A DNA stretch of 39,661 bases, from assembly GCA_009785665.1 (NCBI GenBank), contig WQVV01000001.1, forward strand, positions 1 through 39,661. The letters run 5' to 3'. The notes below the pieces were generated by a model, which saw nothing but the letters and a program-made list of their open reading frames with translations, was not told where the DNA came from and searched no databases. The DNA comes from Defluviitaleaceae bacterium. Lineage in GTDB: Bacteria; Bacillota; Clostridia; Lachnospirales; WQUN01. The translations under genes were made by a program, and so were the position numbers. Positions 35,701-39,661 of this stretch are shown one piece after another (the stretch's first letter is position 1; the number at the start of each line of letters is the position of its first letter).

Positions 35701-36034
35701 ATTCTATTACTGCAAAGCTTTCTTTGTTGTGAACTCTTACGTATATTGTTTCTACTGTTAATTCTGTGCCGTCTTTTTTTCGGCACAAAAATTCTGGCAG
35801 GTTTGCGTAACCTTCCTCAAATGCTTGCGTTACTTTTGAATCAATTAGCCATTTTGACTCCAGCCCGCTTGGCTGTCGCGGAAAGAAATAATTGTACACC
35901 GTTGTTATATACTCGTGCTTGCTTGCCATTCCAAACATCTCTACCGCATTCTGGTTGCAGTCTATGATATTTAATCCTTCGTCCATCAGCGTTATCGCCA
36001 TTGATGTTGCTTCCGTTATTAGATTTTCGTCCAT
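32708..36034 (-). CDS. hybrid sensor histidine kinase / response regulator with multiple PAS domains and a C-terminal Hpt domain
   Basis: H-box SHEIRTPISAVLG, G-boxes DTGFGM and GGAGLGIPIV. The receiver domain reads VLVVDDVEANL...FMDHMMPGMNG...ALTANA. The Hpt motif is HNIKGTSALI. I chose the start at ATG 36034 (MDENL); the track start at 36061 lacks an RBS. Confidence 0.9.
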   Translation of the reverse strand: MDENLITEATSMAITLMDEGLNIIDCNQNAVEMFGMASKHEYITTVYNYFFPRQPSGLESKWLIDSKVTQAFEEGYANLPEFLCRKKDGTELTVETIYVRVHNKESFAVIEYMRDVSDKKLAEEREQDAILFQHMLYDSNPIPSSLWMPDMESESAIIIDCTQSAVDIVGAKNKRDYIDNFFNYQPKYLPCGTILADKVKILFLQTMEEQMVRCSWVLQHASGELIPGDLTLVRVGMGENMVAAYFQDIRPLLTADEKIRQALEMTQLLLDTSPALVEIWDSNHEFQDCNKKTLEAFGVSTKEEFISRYTETMPLFQPCGLTSTEFGVQQTVTVLSEGFNRYEIIRKRFDGEFLPLETSAFRVNHGDKKLIITYSNDLRVIKASLRNESEREMNERMHMMFDATPLNIEYWDKEYNVIDCNRTTLDYYGFADKEAFRKSLFRNSPAFQPDGTPSRYLWNTHLEEIFATGEGKFSFVTYRSGEPAYMEVQGIRIMHNDEIVVVTYASDITQQKQAQEERRRTEIAEESSRAKSLFLARMSHEIRTPISAVLGISEINLQNPNLPPTIEEAFAKIFNSADMLLNLVNDILDLSKIEAGKMTIIHEQYEVASMINDAANLSLLHVGSKNIKFEMNISEDLPTILIGDFLRIEQVLNNLLSNAFKYTESGTVKLSLQCIPLEENAITLQIAISDTGFGMTNEQLDTIYNDYSRFHESEKRFIGGAGLGIPIVYSLVDIMGGKIDIESEVGKGTSITINLPQKIAGAEILGRETAYRLQQLESSANAAAKRFKFTPDPMPYGSVLVVDDVEANLFVAKGLLNFYSLKIETCDSGYEAIRQVKSGKTYDIIFMDHMMPGMNGVEAMRELRDMGYTNPIVALTANAMLGQAEEFMKSGFDGFISKPIQTKQLNNLLTKHIKDKQSPEVLAAAKQTSTQEDIENFMQNTDVATKLRKDFVRTNKNAFNELEQTLAKNDLHTARRIVHNIKGTSALIRESTLTKLAQTAEDLLAEEKFPSQENLSALNKELSRILSEIGEPQKPTATKTLDQNGKKEAATLFDTLAPLLAERNSVALDYLPQLRTIPESAVTAQLIEDFEFPLAAKTLEVLRTVLEI

Positions 36035-36092
36035 AAGAATCACCCATAGGAAGTATAACATGTTATCGTTTTTTTAGTGTATAATATTTTTC

Positions 36093-36785
36093 ATGATAAA
36101 CTATATTTTAAAACGCTCGGCGCGTAAAAGTTTGGGGATTTACATAAAAGGTGGCGAAGTTGAAATTCGCGCCCCATTTCGTGTACCCATGCGCGAGATT
36201 GAAGCCTTTGTTAATTCAAAGACACAGTGGATAAATGAAGTAGTAACAAAACAACAAAAACACGCAGAAGCGGTGGAAGCTTTTCGCTTGAATGGCGATA
36301 GCCTAATTTTACTACGCGGGCAGGAAACACGCGTTGCAGATATTCTGCCGCTTAGGCTTTCTTGGGGGAGAAAGCCTTTGGGTGCTTCCGATTTTTCGGA
36401 TTCGTTGGCGTTGGAGGAATCAGATGCAATTAGGGCTGATTGTGTTAAATTTTATCAACGCACCGCAAAAGTTGTAATTGCAGAACGCGTAGCGTATTTC
36501 TCCGAAAAAATGGGCGTGTCCCCCGCGTCGGTAAAAATCACCAGCGCGAAAACCCGTTGGGGTAGTTGCATATCCAAAAAACGAATCAACTTCTCGTGGC
36601 GGTTGATTATGGCTCATGATGATGTTATTGATTATGTAGTAGTTCACGAACTAGCCCATTTGTTAGAAATGAATCACTCATCACGATTCTGGGCAATAGT
36701 CGCGAAAATTCTGCCCGATTACAAACAGCGACAGGCGCAATTAAAAATTTTGCACAGGCGGATTGTACACGAGGGCTGGAATTGA
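36093..36785 (+). CDS. YgjP-like M48-family metallopeptidase (DUF45)
   Basis: HELAHLLEMNHSSRFW zinc motif near the C-terminus. The N-terminus YILKRSARKSLGIYIKGGEVEIRAP is typical of YgjP. Confidence 0.85.
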   Translation: MINYILKRSARKSLGIYIKGGEVEIRAPFRVPMREIEAFVNSKTQWINEVVTKQQKHAEAVEAFRLNGDSLILLRGQETRVADILPLRLSWGRKPLGASDFSDSLALEESDAIRADCVKFYQRTAKVVIAERVAYFSEKMGVSPASVKITSAKTRWGSCISKKRINFSWRLIMAHDDVIDYVVVHELAHLLEMNHSSRFWAIVAKILPDYKQRQAQLKILHRRIVHEGWN

Positions 36786-36786
36786 G

Positions 36787-36870
36787 GCGGGCGGCACAGC
36801 CGCTTTTCGCCGAGGACATGTATTGGCAATCTAACGTGTACATCTCGAAGCCAGATACAATTTCCTAGCC
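36787..36870 (-). repeat. Repeat family A, copy 5
   Basis: It begins 1-2 nt after the M48 stop. The plus strand reads GCGGGCGGCACAGCCGCTTTTCGCCGAGGACATGTATTGGCAATCTAACGTGTACATCTCGAAGCCAGATACAATTTCCTAGCC. Confidence 0.85.
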
Positions 36871-36880
36871 TACAAAAAAG

Positions 36881-36960
36881 CGACACAGCCGCTTTTCACC
36901 GAGGACATGCATTGGCAATCTAACGTGTGCGTCTCGAAGCCAGATGCCGTTTCCTAGCCT
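36881..36960 (-). repeat. Repeat family A, copy 6 (direct tandem with copy 5, ~93-nt period)
   Basis: The plus strand reads CGACACAGCCGCTTTTCACCGAGGACATGCATTGGCAATCTAACGTGTGCGTCTCGAAGCCAGATGCCGTTTCCTAGCC. Confidence 0.85.
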
Positions 36961-36962
36961 AC

Positions 36963-37001
36963 AAAAAAATCCACATCTATGCGGTAGACGTGGATTTTTT
37001 T
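36963..37001. terminator. bidirectional rho-independent terminator between the convergent M48 peptidase and MCP genes
   Basis: A7 run, then an 11-bp stem ATCCACATCTA / TAGACGTGGAT (one A-C mismatch) with a 5-nt loop, then a T7 run. Confidence 0.75.
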
Positions 37002-37002
37002 G

Positions 37003-37083
37003 CTTAGGAAATTGTATCTGGCTTCGTGACGTATGCGTGGCTTGCAATGCATGTTATCGGCGAAAAGCGGCTGTGCCGCTAGA
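37003..37083 (+). repeat. Repeat family A, copy 7 (inverted relative to copies 5 and 6; abuts the MCP stop codon)
   Basis: Sequence is GCTTAGGAAATTGTATCTGGCTTCGTGACGTATGCGTGGCTTGCAATGCATGTTATCGGCGAAAAGCGGCTGTGCCGCTAG. Confidence 0.85.
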
Positions 37084-39346
37084 CTTTGAAATATGATACC
37101 AACTGCTGTAGTAACTCTGCTTGAGAGGTTAGTTCTTGTGATGCCGCGGCTGTTTCTTCTGATACTGCGGAGTTGTTTTGTACTACTTGGGAAATTTGTT
37201 GCAAGCCCTGACCTACTTGACCTACTGCATCTGCTTGTTCTTTAGATGCTTCGGCAATGCTGTTTATTATTTCCATTACTTCGGTTGCGTTGCTTACTAT
37301 GATGTTTAGTGCTTCTGATGTTGTTTGAGCAATTCCAGAACCTACATCTACCCTTGAAATAGAAGCTAGAATCATTGCCTCTGTTTCTTTTACGGCCTCT
37401 TGGCTTCTGGACGCTAGGGTTCTTACTTCGTCGGCTACTACGCCAAAACCCTTTCCGTGTTCGCCTGCGCGTGCGGCTTCTACCGAAGCGTTTAGAGAAA
37501 GCAAGTTTGTTTGGAACGCAATATCTTGAATTGTCTTGATGATTTTGGAAATATTGTTGGACGATTCTTTAATTTGCGCCATAGCTTCAACCATTTCATT
37601 CATGGCGTTGTTGCCCGCTTGGGCATTGGCGTTGGAGGTATTGGAAAGGGTATTTGCGTTGCTTGCGTTTTCGGCGTTTTGGGAAGTTTGCTGATTTATT
37701 ATATCCACGGAAGCGTTAAGTTCTTCTACGGAGCTTGCCTGTGTTTGCGCGCCTTGCGCTAAATCAATCGCGCTTGTGGATATTTGTTTCGCGCCAGACA
37801 ACACCTGCCCTGATGCCGACGAAATTTCTGCCATAGTTTTTCTCAAGGTGGTTGATATATGATTAACAGCTTCTTTTGTTACGATATACTCCCCTACAAA
37901 ATCCATGTCAATAGTTTTGCGTAGGTCGCCAGACGCGATTTCACCAAGCACATTGTTAATTTCAGCCATATATTTAGACGTGTCTTCGATAAAGTAGTTT
38001 AGGTCATTTTTCATGGATAAGAAATCACCAGCGTAATCACCAGTCACTCGAGCATCAAATAATCCCTTGTTTAATACGCTAAGAACGTCACGTATTTCCA
38101 CAATAGGCACGTCTGTCGCATGACAAATATCATTAAGACCATTTAGAATTTTGTTCCAGTCACCAAGATACTTTGACGCATCAATGTGATACGCCAAGTC
38201 TCCTTTTACTGCCGCCGCGTCAACCATGCCGTTTACTTCGGCAACTACATCTTTCAGATTGTTTGTGCATCTGTTCATTGCCTGCGGCAACGCAGCCCAG
38301 TCACCTACCCAGATTGCATCTTCCAATTTTACATTAAAGTCGCCATCGCTTACATGATTGAGAATATCGCTTATGCTTAATACATCCGTTGAAGTTTGCT
38401 TGAGAATGGTATTAACAAGCCTAACAACTTCTTTGTACGAATTGTTATATTTGCTCTCGTCGATTGTGAATTTCAAATCGCCAACTTCTAAAAATTGGTC
38501 GTGTGCCATGGTTAAATCGTCCATGATGCTCTTGATTACATCTACAAGTTTGATTACATCGGTAGTAAGCATACCCACTTCGTCTTTGCCAATCTTCGCT
38601 CTATTGATGTTTATGTTAAGGTTTCCAGCAGAAACATTGTTTAAAGCGTCAACAGTTCTTTTAATTGGTCTTGTGATTGCACTAGAAATTACAAACGCAA
38701 TAATCACACCAAATGCTATGCCGATAATAGCAACTGCCAGCATTATCCCAGAAGAAATACCAGCAAAAAGTGAAGCCGAAGTAAAAAGCCCGTCTACTGT
38801 TTCCTGTGCGGCATTGGTAAGTGCTATGAAAACATTGTCTATGCCCGCAAGAATTGGGGTTGCTTCTTCTAAAATTTCTGGCAACAACCTATCGGACGCA
38901 CCAGTAGCGACCGCGTAAAGCGGATACACAATAGTGTTGAAATAGTTGTTAAGGTGATTATTCTGCAAGCCGTATGCCGCGTTAATTCCTGCTTCTCGCG
39001 TTTCTTCATCAATGCGTGGGTCGTCGCGTAGGCTTTCGCGATACTTTTCTAAAAGCTCATATATTACCTCTCGGCTTGCCACCACTGATGCATATGCATC
39101 TTCAATAACTTGTGGATGGTCTGCTGATGCCGCGATTAATGCTACATTTGTGCGTAGTCTATGGACTTCAATTTCCGTCTGTAGTAGCAAGTTGTACCTT
39201 GCAGTTGGATGACTTGCGGCATAACGATAATCGCTATTTATTCTGGTGACGGTAACTACGCCATAAATTGCCATAGCAAGCATAATAATTAACAAAATTC
39301 CAAAACCAATTCCTAATTTGCCCGCGACCTTTGTGTTTCTTAACAT
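37079..39346 (-). CDS. methyl-accepting chemotaxis protein
   Basis: N-terminal TM helix, large sensor region, second TM helix/HAMP and the highly conserved signalling hairpin [35 protein letters not shown] chose the start at ATG 39346 (TGGAGGAA at 7 nt). Confidence 0.9.
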   Translation of the reverse strand: MLRNTKVAGKLGIGFGILLIIMLAMAIYGVVTVTRINSDYRYAASHPTARYNLLLQTEIEVHRLRTNVALIAASADHPQVIEDAYASVVASREVIYELLEKYRESLRDDPRIDEETREAGINAAYGLQNNHLNNYFNTIVYPLYAVATGASDRLLPEILEEATPILAGIDNVFIALTNAAQETVDGLFTSASLFAGISSGIMLAVAIIGIAFGVIIAFVISSAITRPIKRTVDALNNVSAGNLNININRAKIGKDEVGMLTTDVIKLVDVIKSIMDDLTMAHDQFLEVGDLKFTIDESKYNNSYKEVVRLVNTILKQTSTDVLSISDILNHVSDGDFNVKLEDAIWVGDWAALPQAMNRCTNNLKDVVAEVNGMVDAAAVKGDLAYHIDASKYLGDWNKILNGLNDICHATDVPIVEIRDVLSVLNKGLFDARVTGDYAGDFLSMKNDLNYFIEDTSKYMAEINNVLGEIASGDLRKTIDMDFVGEYIVTKEAVNHISTTLRKTMAEISSASGQVLSGAKQISTSAIDLAQGAQTQASSVEELNASVDIINQQTSQNAENASNANTLSNTSNANAQAGNNAMNEMVEAMAQIKESSNNISKIIKTIQDIAFQTNLLSLNASVEAARAGEHGKGFGVVADEVRTLASRSQEAVKETEAMILASISRVDVGSGIAQTTSEALNIIVSNATEVMEIINSIAEASKEQADAVGQVGQGLQQISQVVQNNSAVSEETAAASQELTSQAELLQQLVSYFKV

Positions 39347-39548
39347 AATAACATTCCTCCAATATAGGTTACGCATGATAATGGTGTAATACCTTTGGAT
39401 AAAAATAAATTTATGATTTTATTTTTACCCAAAAGGCGACAAATGCGAATGGGAAAATTCCCCGTTCGCATTTGAAAAAGTATAGCCATTCTAAGATTTT
39501 TTCGTTCTCTAGTCAAGTGATAATCTACACCAAAGGTTGCATAAAAAA

Positions 39549-39614
39549 GCGGGCAAAGACCGCCCGCATAGAAAAGCAAAAGCCGATAGCTCACGTTTCG
39601 CTATCGGCTTTTTG
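39549..39614. terminator. two tandem GC-rich hairpins with flanking A/T runs (terminators, probably for a gene beyond the right edge)
   Basis: The first is GCGGGC-N7-GCCCGC (39549-39567), preceded by A6. The second is AAGCCGATAGC-N9-GCTATCGGCTT (39580-39610), followed by TTTTTG. Confidence 0.6.
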
Positions 39615-39661
39615 TTAGAGATATGATAAAATACGAACCATGAAAACAGAGAGAAAATACA

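Noticed and set aside
36787-36960. Two ~80-nt direct repeats with regular spacing, considered as a possible CRISPR array
   Set aside because: There are only two direct units, separated by a 10-nt A-rich linker rather than by unique spacers. The repeat is far longer than CRISPR repeats, a third copy is inverted, and further copies are dispersed, including inside genes. No cas genes are present.
39340-39594. 84-aa minus-strand ORF upstream of the MCP gene
   Set aside because: It spans terminator hairpins and the MCP promoter/RBS region and has no RBS. It is most likely non-coding.

Overview
This 39.7-kb chromosomal segment looks like a Firmicutes (Clostridia-type) genome. It has AGGAGG-type ribosome-binding sites, tightly packed and often overlapping genes, and most genes on the minus strand. 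From left to right it contains: a MerR-controlled ABC-2 exporter with an HlyD-type adaptor, a HAD hydrolase, a hemolysin-III channel and an ECF sigma/anti-sigma pair. Next comes an atypical leuC-orf-leuD-orf-leuB-U32 peptidase operon, then a six-gene operon of four paralogous signal-anchored proteins plus an ABC-2 transporter. These are followed by a DUF1848 gene convergent with a UvrA-family ATPase, small membrane proteins, MscS and a QueG-like Fe-S protein. An accessory patch carries a YoeB toxin-antitoxin pair, an APH-type kinase, an acidic secreted protein and an unknown ORF. The right end holds mutS, a PAS-rich hybrid histidine kinase, a YgjP/M48 peptidase and a methyl-accepting chemotaxis protein. 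I recognised no rRNA, tRNA, CRISPR array, transposase or integrase. The most unusual signal is a short structured repeat family with a ~66-nt core, up to ~90 nt with its extension. Its ends are GGCTTCGAGACG and CGGCGAAAAGCGGCTGTGCCGC, and it has seven copies in the window. Five copies sit at gene 3' ends. Two are inserted in-frame, in different reading frames, inside mutS and inside the U32 peptidase gene, resembling the in-frame palindromic elements of Rickettsia. Other candidates are the four-paralog/ABC-2 operon of unknown function and two further palindromic element families. There is also a 19-bp perfect inverted repeat at the leu promoter and a permease frame that reads without a stop into the HlyD gene. 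All functional calls come from motifs read by eye in the translations; no database search was possible.
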